Positions 8,062 through 15,736 of a stretch of DNA of 39,671 nucleotides are shown in pieces; positions within the stretch are counted from its first letter, which is position 1, and each line of letters begins with the position of its first letter. Position numbers and translations under genes: made by a program. The DNA comes from Eubacteriales bacterium (lineage in GTDB: Bacteria; Bacillota; Clostridia; Oscillospirales; CAG-272), in contig JAZLBH010000033.1 of NCBI GenBank assembly GCA_045613605.1, positions 1-39,671 on the forward strand, written 5' to 3'. A model generated the notes under the pieces. The model made no database searches and had not been told where the DNA came from. It worked only from the letters and a program-made list of their open reading frames with translations.

Positions 8062-9813
8062 ATGAAAAAGAAGTTGTTAATAGGAATAATTGCAGGTGCG
8101 GTGCTTATAGGAGTAGTAATTGCTTGTATTCTTTTGTTTAATAAGCACGAGCATACCGAAGTGATAGATAAAGCAGTAGCACCGACTTGTGAAGCAGTTG
8201 GAATGACTGAAGGTAAGCATTGCTCTGACTGTGGAGAAATTTTAGTAGCACAAAAGGCTATTGCGGCGCTTGGTCATACCGAGGTAATAGATCCTGCCGT
8301 TGCATCTACTTGTGCAACCGAGGGAAAAACTGAGGGCAAGCATTGTTCTGTTTGCAATAAAGCTTTGGTTGAACAGCAAACAATTGCAAAGCTGCAGCAC
8401 ACAGAGACAATTACTGTTGCTGTTGAATCAACTTGCACTTCAAAAGGACTTACCGAGGGCAAGCACTGCTCGGTATGTAATGCGGTTATCGTGGCGCAAG
8501 AAGAAATAGCAATGATTGACCACGTTTTCGATGACGAATACGATAGATTTTGTAACGTATGCAATTATGAAAGACAAATTAATTGCCATCATAATGTTCC
8601 TGAAAAAATAGTAAAAGTTGATGCGGTAGCACCTACTTGTATGTCAACAGGTCTTACTGAAGGATTGAAATGTACAATTTGTGACACCATGGTTGTACCC
8701 CAAACCGTTATTCCTGTAACAGAGTGTACCGATTTGAAGATCTTGCCATATAAAGCCCCAACCTGTCAAGAAAAGGGATATACACAGGGCAAGCAATGTA
8801 ACGTTTGCCAAAATATTATTGTTGCGCAAGAGGAAATACCCGTTATAGATTGTATTGAGGGTGGATTGATCATCTCCGTTGCTGCAACCAAAACCACTGA
8901 CGGTATGGCATTGGTAAAATGTACAATGTGTGAGCGTACTATCAAAGAAGCAGTTATGGGCGCAGGCTCACAGGGACTTACCTACACCTTGAATGACGAT
9001 AATAACAGTTATTGTGTTGCCGCACTCGGAACTTGCACAGATACTGATATAGTTATACCAAGTATTTATTTTGGATTGCCTGTAACAAATATTAGAGATT
9101 ATTTTGTTACAGATTATAATGACGTTAACAGCATATCCATTCCTACTTCAATTACGGATATTGATATTGATGCATTTAAATGGTGCGAAAACATTCAACA
9201 TATATACTATATGGGGGATATTTTTGGTTGGATAGCTATGAATTTTTATAGTTATTTTGAATCGGAATTATTTCTTGAAAATGATAGAATTTTCCCATTG
9301 AATTCTAATTTCTATATTAACAATGAATTAGTGAAAGATATAGAAATACCTGCCACAATAACTACAATTCCCAAGTATGCATTTGCAGGTTGTTCATCAC
9401 TTGAAAGCATTAAATTCAATAGTTCTTTAAGCAGTATTGGATGGAATTCTTTTTTGAGCTGTCAAAATCTTAAAAAGATAATTTATGATGGAACCATTGA
9501 ACAATGGAATTCCGTCACAAAGGGAAGCTATTGGAATTATAACACGGGTGATTATGCTGTATATTGCAATGACGGTAATACGGACAAAACAGGATATCGC
9601 TTTACAGAAACAAATGATACGGTTTATTTGATTTCGTCCTTTGGCTATTTTTATGACACTATGTATGGAGAAGCCTTGTACAAGGAGTCAGAAGGTACGT
9701 CGTTTTATAGAATAGGATACTATGATAACGGATGGTCAAAGGTTATTGATTCAAAAGACAGAACCGGGTATATTCAAACTGAATACTTAGCAGGCCCCGA
9801 CTCTGAAGTGTAA
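8062..9813 (+). CDS. Membrane-anchored surface protein: N-terminal TM anchor, seven Cys/His-rich modules, BspA-type LRR unit, SH3b domain
   Basis: 583 aa. TM helix [22 protein letters not shown], ~41-aa repeats, LRR_5/BspA-like IxIPxSITxIxxxAF repeats ending in the cap [10 protein letters not shown]...YCNDG. C-terminal SH3b-like segment ...[22 protein letters not shown]. Confidence 0.8.
   Translation: MKKKLLIGIIAGAVLIGVVIACILLFNKHEHTEVIDKAVAPTCEAVGMTEGKHCSDCGEILVAQKAIAALGHTEVIDPAVASTCATEGKTEGKHCSVCNKALVEQQTIAKLQHTETITVAVESTCTSKGLTEGKHCSVCNAVIVAQEEIAMIDHVFDDEYDRFCNVCNYERQINCHHNVPEKIVKVDAVAPTCMSTGLTEGLKCTICDTMVVPQTVIPVTECTDLKILPYKAPTCQEKGYTQGKQCNVCQNIIVAQEEIPVIDCIEGGLIISVAATKTTDGMALVKCTMCERTIKEAVMGAGSQGLTYTLNDDNNSYCVAALGTCTDTDIVIPSIYFGLPVTNIRDYFVTDYNDVNSISIPTSITDIDIDAFKWCENIQHIYYMGDIFGWIAMNFYSYFESELFLENDRIFPLNSNFYINNELVKDIEIPATITTIPKYAFAGCSSLESIKFNSSLSSIGWNSFLSCQNLKKIIYDGTIEQWNSVTKGSYWNYNTGDYAVYCNDGNTDKTGYRFTETNDTVYLISSFGYFYDTMYGEALYKESEGTSFYRIGYYDNGWSKVIDSKDRTGYIQTEYLAGPDSEV
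8152..8961 (+). repeat. Seven tandem Cys/His mini-modules (three near-canonical 41-aa copies, four variants)
   Basis: HTEVIDxAVAxTCxxxGxTEGKHCSxCxxxLVxQxxIAxL repeated. Ligand spacing is H/C-x11-C-x10-C-x2-C. Confidence 0.8.
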
Positions 9814-10038
9814 TTTGAAGAATGTAATAATACTCTTGTTCTTGTAGCGGAGAGTGTTTGGTTGAGAAAATCGACAATTTTTACAGAGTCTGAAAAGGTT
9901 AAAAGTATTCCAACCGGAACCCAGCTTCAAGCAACACATATGGGAATAGAAAGTGACGGAACTATTTGGTATAAGGTTACTTATGAGGGAGATACATACT
10001 ATGTGATTTATAACGAAAGATATATTGATATAAAATAA
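9814..10038 (+). other. In-frame continuation after TAA 9811-9813 encoding a second SH3b-like domain (readthrough extension or truncated 3' part)
   Basis: Same frame as 8062. Translates without stops as FEECNNTLVLVAESVWLRKSTIFTESEKVKSIPTGTQLQATHMGIESDGTIWYKVTYEGDTYYVIYNERYIDIK, ending at TAA 10036-10038. It has no own start codon or RBS. Confidence 0.65.
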
Positions 10039-10049
10039 GATATTTTTTC

Positions 10050-10078
10050 TTGACATTTTTACAAAATTATATTATAAT
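10050..10078 (+). promoter_or_regulatory. Sigma-A promoter of rnpB
   Basis: TTGACA 10050-10055, 17-nt spacer, TATAAT 10073-10078. Confidence 0.75.
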
Positions 10079-10085
10079 ACAAACC

Positions 10086-10441
10086 GTAACCGCGCCGAAC
10101 GGTCGCGCGATATGTTGCCGAAAGGTGTTATCGCGAGGAAAGTCCGGGCTTCACAGGGCAGAGTAGCTGATAACGTCAGCCGCAGGCGACTGCCGGGAAA
10201 GTGCAACAGAAATAGACCGCCTCTTTTATAAGAGGTAAGGATGGAAAGGCGAGGTAAGAGCTCACCCGTTTCTATGGTAACATAGATCCGCTGTAAACCC
10301 TACTTGAAGCAACACCGAGCGCAGATGTCGGCCCGACACATATCTGCAGGGTGGCACGGGGGAGACCCCGAAGCTTGCTGGTGACAGTAAGCGAAGATAG
10401 ATGACCGTTTAAGACAGAACCCGGCTTATAGACGCGATTAC
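10086..10441 (+). ncRNA. rnpB: RNase P RNA, bacterial type A
   Basis: Universal CR-I GAGGAAAGTCCGGGC and CR-V ACAGAACCCGGCTTAT. GGAAAGTGCAACAGAAA...ACCGCC segment closely resembles E. coli-type M1 RNA. P1 pairing of GTAACCGCG (5') with CGCGATTAC (3'). Ends are approximate. Confidence 0.9.
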
Positions 10442-10446
10442 GAATA

Positions 10447-10478
10447 AAAAGCTCCTTGCGATGCAGGGGGCTTTTTAT
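10447..10478 (+). terminator. Intrinsic terminator after rnpB
   Basis: 9-bp stem GCTCCTTGC / GCAGGGGGC (with G-U pairs) followed by TTTTT. Confidence 0.65.
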
Positions 10479-10480
10479 TG

Positions 10481-10509
10481 TTGACAAAATTTTCATTTGG
10501 TGCTATAAT
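10481..10509 (+). promoter_or_regulatory. Sigma-A promoter of the 1175-aa LRR gene
   Basis: TTGACA 10481-10486, 17-nt spacer, TGcTATAAT with -10 at 10504-10509. Confidence 0.75.
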
Positions 10510-10541
10510 TGTCTTGTCATTTTTTTTGAAGGAGAAGCATT

Positions 10542-13500
10542 ATGAAATTCTTAGCTAAACTCTTTGCAACAAAGGCGGCGCTGGCAGGTACTATCGCAGG
10601 CGCGGTAGTGGTTGTCGGTGTGACCGCGGGCGTAATTTTTATGACTCCCGACGATAGCGCTGAAGCAACGACGACTACAACGGTAACTACGGTTGGAACC
10701 ACTGCGACAACTTCCGCTACCACCACAACAACTACAAGTAGTACAACAAGTGGTACAACTACAACTGTAAATCCCCCTGAGGATACTACAACAACTACCA
10801 CCGCTACAACTACTACAACTACTACAACAACTACTACAACGCAGAATCCTCCCGAGGATCCTCCGCAACAAAGCACAACGCCCACAACAAGCAGTAATCC
10901 TGCAAATCCTCCCGAGGATCCACCCGAGGACGAAAATTACTCCGAGGGCCTTGAATTTGAACTTAATGCCGACGGTGAAAGCTACATGGTAGTAGGCATC
11001 GGCACTTGTGAGGATACTGATATAGTAATCCCCGACACATATAATGGCAAGCCTGTTACGATGATTGGTTATACTGCGTTTTATAACTGCACCTCAATTA
11101 AAAGTGTAAAAATTCCTGACTCTGTAACGCTTATAGCTGAGTATGCCTTTTATAACTGTGAATCACTTGAAAGCATAGAAATTCCCGACTCCGTTACCAA
11201 TATATGCTATGCCGCGTTTGCAGAATGCCGTTCTCTTGAAGGCATAGACTTTGGTGAAAACAGTCAGCTGACAAGCATTGGTGACAGTGCATTCTATAAT
11301 TGCCGCTTTAAAAGCATAGAAATTCCAAATTCTGTTAAGAGTATCGGATTTGGGGCATTCGTATACTGTGTTTCACTTGAAAGTGTGAAAATTCCTGCCT
11401 CCGTCGAAAGTGTTGGTGAGGCTGCATTTGTAGAATGCACCTTGCTTGAAGGCGTAGAGGTTGATGAAAATAATGCTTATTATAAATCAATAGACGGTTA
11501 TCTTTACAATAAGGATGTAACAACCCTTGTACAGTCATTTAATAAAAGAAATAAGACCTTTACAATACCCGAATCTGTAACCGAGATAGGAGCTTATGCA
11601 TTTTATCATCATATTTATCTTGAGAGCGTAGAAATTCCCGACACTGTTGAAATTATCGGTGATTATGCATTCTATAACTGTCTCTCGCTCGAAGATATAA
11701 ATATTCCATCTTCCTTGATAAGTATCGGTGAAGGCGCTTTCCATAATTGTCACTTAATTGATAGTTTAGAGCTTCCCGATTCGTTGACAAGCATTGGTGA
11801 GGGCGCATTCCAACACTGCACAATAACAAGTGTAACGATAGGCAAATCCGTTGAGGTTATCGGCACTTGGGCATTTTATTCTTGCAATTTACTCACAAAT
11901 ATATACGTTGATGAGGAGAATGAATACTATCAATCAATAGACGGAAATCTTTATAATAAAGACGGAACTGCTTTGATACAGTATGCAATCGGTAAACAAG
12001 ATACGTTGTTTACAATTCCCGACACTGTGACGAGTATTTCTGCAGGTGCATTTGCATATTGTACGTCTCTTCTTAGTGTGGAAATTCCCGAATCTGTAAC
12101 CGAAATAGGTTCTTATGCATTTGAAGACTGCAATTCACTTCAAAGCATATACATCCCCGACTCGGTAACAGCTATGGGGATCGGTACCTTCTATAACTGC
12201 ACATCACTTGCAAGTATAACGTTTGCTGAAAACAGTCAGTTGACATATATTGATGATTCTACATTTTACTGCTGCTACTCACTTGAAAGCATAGAAATCC
12301 CCGACTCCGTGATAACTATTGGCGATTATGCATTTGAAAGTTGCACGGCACTTACAAGCATAGAAATTCCAAGCTCCGTAGAAAGTATCGGTGATTATGT
12401 ATTTGCTTGGTGCGAATCACTCACAAGCATATATTATGATGGCACTATAGAGCAGTGGAATGATATTTATATCGCTTATGATTGGGACTATGTAACAGGC
12501 GATTATACTATCTACTGCATCGACGGTGAAATTTCAAAGGACGGTACGGTGACGTATTATCAGACTCCTTCTGAACTCCTTGTATATACCCTTAATGATG
12601 ACGGTCAAAGCTATTCTGTAACAGGTGTAAATTCTTACGATGTTACTAGCATAGAAATTCCCGCAATGCACGAGGATAAGCCCGTTACCGCCATTGGCAA
12701 TTATGCATTTTCAAATTGCACGTCACTCATAAGCATAGCAATCCCCGACTTCGTGACAACTATCGGTGATTATGCATTCAATTGGTGCACGTCGCTTACA
12801 AGTGTAACGTTTGGAGAGAATAGCCAATTGACAAGTATAGGTAATGATGCGTTTAATGAGTGTAGTTCACTCACGGATATAGATATACCCGACTCCGTGA
12901 CAACTATCGGTGATGATGCATTCAATTGGTGCACGTCGCTTACAAGTGTAACGTTTGGTGAAAATAGTCAGTTGACAAATATTGGTGATGATGTATTTTA
13001 TTTTTGCGATTCACTCACAACTATAGAAATCCCCACCTCTGTAACAACTATTGGTGAGTCTGCATTCTCATATTGTGAATTACTTTCAAGTGTAACGTTT
13101 GCTGAAAACTCTCAGTTGACGAGTATCGGTATGTTTGCATTTGAATCATGCGAGAAGCTTGCAAGCATAGAAATTCCGGATTCCGTGACGACTATCGGTA
13201 TGGCTGCATTTGCATACTGTATGTCTCTCGAAAGTATAGAGATTCCAAAATCAGTAACGAGCATCGGCGCTGCTGCATTTGGTGAGTGTAGTTCACTTAC
13301 AAGTATAGATGTTGATAAAGATAATGAATATTATACATCAATTGATGGCAATCTTTACAACAAAAATGGAACTGTTTTGGTGCAGTACGCAGCAGGTAAG
13401 CAGGATACGTCATTTGTGATTCCTGAATCTGTAACAATTGCTGAATATGCATTTATGGGTTGCATAAATCTCCAGAGCATTGAGATTCCCGACACCATTA

Positions 13501-14069
13501 CAAATATTCCTATGGGAGCATTTGGTGAATGCTTTGCACTCACTTATGTAGAAATTCCTTCCTCCGTAACGTCTATTGGCATTAATGCGTTCTATGGTTG
13601 TTTTTCACTCATTGAGGTGTGCAATAAATCATCAATAAATATTGAGATAGGTTCAACTGATAACGGTAATGTTGGATTTTATGCAAAGCATATTATCACA
13701 GATGAATCTGAATCTTATCTTAAATATGTAGGCGATTATTTATTCTATGATGATGGAACTGACGTATATCTTGTTAAATATTTGGGCAATGATACAGAAA
13801 TAACTCTCCCCGAATATGACGGCGGAAAAGAGTACGCAATTTGGCAGTGTGCATTCCTATATTGTACTTCCATCGAAAGCATAGAAATCCCCGCCTCCGT
13901 AACCTCTATTGGTGATTATGCATTTTATTATTGCGAATCACTGTCAAGCATTAATTTTGGCGGTACGGTAGAGCAGTGGAATCTTCTTACTCAAGATGTT
14001 GATTTGTTTTATATGATTCCCGCAACAGAGGTTGTTTGCTCTGACGGAACAGTATCTATAAATCAATAA
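10542..14069 (+). CDS. Giant surface protein: N-terminal anchor, Thr/Pro-rich stalk, two consecutive BspA-type LRR units
   Basis: 1175 aa. Dozens of ~23-aa repeats IEIPDSVTxIGxxAFxxCxSLxS. Recurrent module DGNLYNKDGTxLxQYAxGKQDT. Cap motif [10 protein letters not shown]...YCIDGE mid-protein and GGTVEQWN...VCSDGT at the C-terminus. Confidence 0.85.
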   Translation: MKFLAKLFATKAALAGTIAGAVVVVGVTAGVIFMTPDDSAEATTTTTVTTVGTTATTSATTTTTTSSTTSGTTTTVNPPEDTTTTTTATTTTTTTTTTTTQNPPEDPPQQSTTPTTSSNPANPPEDPPEDENYSEGLEFELNADGESYMVVGIGTCEDTDIVIPDTYNGKPVTMIGYTAFYNCTSIKSVKIPDSVTLIAEYAFYNCESLESIEIPDSVTNICYAAFAECRSLEGIDFGENSQLTSIGDSAFYNCRFKSIEIPNSVKSIGFGAFVYCVSLESVKIPASVESVGEAAFVECTLLEGVEVDENNAYYKSIDGYLYNKDVTTLVQSFNKRNKTFTIPESVTEIGAYAFYHHIYLESVEIPDTVEIIGDYAFYNCLSLEDINIPSSLISIGEGAFHNCHLIDSLELPDSLTSIGEGAFQHCTITSVTIGKSVEVIGTWAFYSCNLLTNIYVDEENEYYQSIDGNLYNKDGTALIQYAIGKQDTLFTIPDTVTSISAGAFAYCTSLLSVEIPESVTEIGSYAFEDCNSLQSIYIPDSVTAMGIGTFYNCTSLASITFAENSQLTYIDDSTFYCCYSLESIEIPDSVITIGDYAFESCTALTSIEIPSSVESIGDYVFAWCESLTSIYYDGTIEQWNDIYIAYDWDYVTGDYTIYCIDGEISKDGTVTYYQTPSELLVYTLNDDGQSYSVTGVNSYDVTSIEIPAMHEDKPVTAIGNYAFSNCTSLISIAIPDFVTTIGDYAFNWCTSLTSVTFGENSQLTSIGNDAFNECSSLTDIDIPDSVTTIGDDAFNWCTSLTSVTFGENSQLTNIGDDVFYFCDSLTTIEIPTSVTTIGESAFSYCELLSSVTFAENSQLTSIGMFAFESCEKLASIEIPDSVTTIGMAAFAYCMSLESIEIPKSVTSIGAAAFGECSSLTSIDVDKDNEYYTSIDGNLYNKNGTVLVQYAAGKQDTSFVIPESVTIAEYAFMGCINLQSIEIPDTITNIPMGAFGECFALTYVEIPSSVTSIGINAFYGCFSLIEVCNKSSINIEIGSTDNGNVGFYAKHIITDESESYLKYVGDYLFYDDGTDVYLVKYLGNDTEITLPEYDGGKEYAIWQCAFLYCTSIESIEIPASVTSIGDYAFYYCESLSSINFGGTVEQWNLLTQDVDLFYMIPATEVVCSDGTVSINQ
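10668..10931 (+). repeat. Low-complexity Thr-rich / NPPED stalk-coding region
   Basis: Runs of up to 12 Thr codons (ACN) interspersed with NPPEDxx. The 17-nt string AATCCTCCCGAGGATCC occurs twice. The poly-Val ORFs on the minus strand are its mirror image. Confidence 0.85.
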
Positions 14070-14075
14070 AAATAT

Positions 14076-14116
14076 AACGGCGAGCCGATGGCTCGCCGTT
14101 CCTTTTCGTTTTATTA
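14076..14116. terminator. Bidirectional intrinsic terminator (copy 1)
   Basis: AACGGCGAGCC-GAT-GGCTCGCCGTT perfect 11-bp stem, T-rich on the + side and A-rich upstream. Confidence 0.85.
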
Positions 14117-14164
14117 TTTTTTCACCGCGTACAAATTAAGATCCCACGCTGGGATATAGGGGAA
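14114..14164 (-). pseudogene. Relic 3' end (16 codons plus stop) of the FkbM-type methyltransferase gene
   Basis: The reverse complement encodes FPYIPAWDLNLYAVKK-stop, identical to the C-terminus of the intact gene at 15686-16771. Homology ends abruptly at 14164. Confidence 0.85.
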
Positions 14165-14280
14165 GAGTAAAATTGGGTTTGTTTGTGGGTTGTAGTACAG
14201 GGGGCACCTAGAACAATGTATTATTTGTTGTAGTATGGTTTGGACAAACCATTGTATACATTAAAATTTTCAAAAAAACA

Positions 14281-14309
14281 TTGCAATTGAATAAAAACTG
14301 TGCTAAAAT
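14281..14309 (+). promoter_or_regulatory. Sigma-A promoter of the LRR lipoprotein cassette
   Basis: TTGCAA 14281-14286, 17-nt spacer, TGcTAAAAT with -10 at 14304-14309. The string AAAAACTGTGCTAAAATA is shared with the thiT promoter at 7072-7089. Confidence 0.65.
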
Positions 14310-14506
14310 AAAAATATCACACAAATTGAATAGAAATCTTCTTAAAGTAGGTGCGAAGTATATCTTTTAATATGTGCTTCATATTAATGTGCTTTTCCTT
14401 GTTTTGGCAGTATTTGGATTCGATTTATGTGGTAACAATGGAGGCGTGCATTTTTCGGTGCGCTGACTCTGGTTGGCACACTTTTTATTTTCAAAGGAGA
14501 AAGGTT

Positions 14507-15637
14507 ATGAAAAAGACAATTAAAATATTACTATTTGCTATTATTGTTGTTAGTGCACTTTCGTTAACGTCCTGTTTTAGTAACAGTGAATCAAAAGGAC
14601 TTGTTTTTGAACTTAATGATGATAAATCAAGCTATAGTGTTGTGGGATTAGGTGGTTGCAAGAATTCAAATATTGTAATTCCAAACGAATATAAAGGATT
14701 ACCTGTAACGAAAATCGGGGAGTATGCATTTTCTACACAGAAAATAACCGGAGTGAAACTTTCCGACAATATAGAAGAGATAGGTGATTACGCATTTTCA
14801 AATTGTCCTAAATTGAAAACGATAAAATTTTCCGAAAGTGGCAAACTCAAAACCATTGGTGACTACGCATTTTATTGGCCAAGCTTTTGGCTTTGGGATT
14901 TATATATTCCTGAAGGGGTAGAAGAAATAGGACAGCATGCATTTGATCTGGCGTGGCCTATCAACGTCTCTTTGCCGAATTCACTAATGAGTGTAGGTGA
15001 GGGTGCTTTTGTGGGAATGAACGGAGCAGAGGGTAGCCACGAAGCATATTATTTTGATTTTATGACTCCTTATAATGTTTACGATAATGCTATCTATCTC
15101 GGAAATAAAACAAATCCTGAGCTTTTGTTATGTTCAATACATAATACAGAAGCATATAATTGTAGTATTAGTGAGAAAACTAAAATAATCGCGACTAGGG
15201 CATTTTTGGGTTCTAATAATTTGAAAAAAATAACGGTTCCTGCTTCTGTTAAAAATATCGGTTTTATAGCATTTGCTTTGTGTACTTCACTTGAATCAAT
15301 AAATGTTGATGAAAACAATACTGAGTTTAAGTCCATAGATGGTAACCTTTATTCTAAGGATGGCAAGTATCTTTTACAATATGCTATAGGAAAACAGGAT
15401 AGTACATTTTTTGTTCCGGACACCGTAAAGATAATTGAAAGTTATGCTTTTTACAAAGTACAAAATCTTAATGCTGTTTTTATTCCTAATTCGGTGAAAG
15501 TTGTAGGTAGCTATGTATTTTCTTCATCTTCATCTGATTTATACATATTTTGTGAAGCGGAATCTCAACCGGCAGATTGGCTAGAAGATTGGAATTTTTA
15601 TGATTGTCCAGTAGTTTGGGGATATAATCCCGAATAA
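14507..15637 (+). CDS. BspA-type LRR lipoprotein
   Basis: Start set to ATG 14507 (AAAGGAGAAAGG RBS). Signal peptide MKKTIKILLFAIIVVSALSLTS-C has a lipobox LTSC. LRR_5 repeats, DGNLYSKDGKYLLQYAIGKQDS module and C-terminal cap IFCEAESQPADWLEDWN...VVWGYNPE. Confidence 0.85.
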   Translation: MKKTIKILLFAIIVVSALSLTSCFSNSESKGLVFELNDDKSSYSVVGLGGCKNSNIVIPNEYKGLPVTKIGEYAFSTQKITGVKLSDNIEEIGDYAFSNCPKLKTIKFSESGKLKTIGDYAFYWPSFWLWDLYIPEGVEEIGQHAFDLAWPINVSLPNSLMSVGEGAFVGMNGAEGSHEAYYFDFMTPYNVYDNAIYLGNKTNPELLLCSIHNTEAYNCSISEKTKIIATRAFLGSNNLKKITVPASVKNIGFIAFALCTSLESINVDENNTEFKSIDGNLYSKDGKYLLQYAIGKQDSTFFVPDTVKIIESYAFYKVQNLNAVFIPNSVKVVGSYVFSSSSSDLYIFCEAESQPADWLEDWNFYDCPVVWGYNPE

Positions 15638-15647
15638 TATAAAATAA

Positions 15648-15688
15648 AACGGCGAGCCGATGGCTCGCCGTTCCTTTTCGTTTTATTA
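15648..15688. terminator. Bidirectional intrinsic terminator (copy 2), shared by the LRR lipoprotein gene and the convergent methyltransferase gene
   Basis: Same 11-bp stem-loop as 14076-14100, flanked by T-runs on both strands. Confidence 0.85.
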
Positions 15689-15736
15689 TTTTTTCACCGC
15701 GTACAAATTAAGATCCCACGCTGGGATATAGGGGAA
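15648..15736. repeat. 89-bp perfect direct repeat, copy 2
   Basis: Identical to 14076-14164. Here it overlaps the genuine 3' end of the methyltransferase gene. Confidence 0.95.

Larger units (their letters stand above)
14076..14164. repeat. 89-bp perfect direct repeat, copy 1
   Basis: Identical base for base to 15648-15736 (offset 1572 bp). Checked by manual alignment. Confidence 0.95.

Noticed and set aside
9811-9813. Stop-codon reassignment (TAA read as sense) to explain the in-frame stop
   Set aside because: Neighbouring well-defined genes (sufC at 815-817, the sufB-like gene at 1743-1745, rsmH, ftsZ) terminate at TAA at the positions expected from their conserved C-termini.
10272-10496. 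74-aa minus-strand ORF
   Set aside because: It lies entirely inside the RNase P RNA gene and its terminator. The conserved rnpB core explains the sequence.
10517-10885. Minus-strand ORFs of 122 and 106 aa encoding poly-Val or Cys/Ser-rich peptides
   Set aside because: They are the antisense image of the Thr-rich (ACN)n stalk region of the 10542 gene. They have no RBS and extreme low complexity, so they are shadow ORFs.
14351-14506. GTG-initiated 52-codon extension of the LRR lipoprotein ORF
   Set aside because: It has no RBS and an implausible composition. The internal ATG 14507 has a strong RBS and yields a textbook lipoprotein signal peptide.
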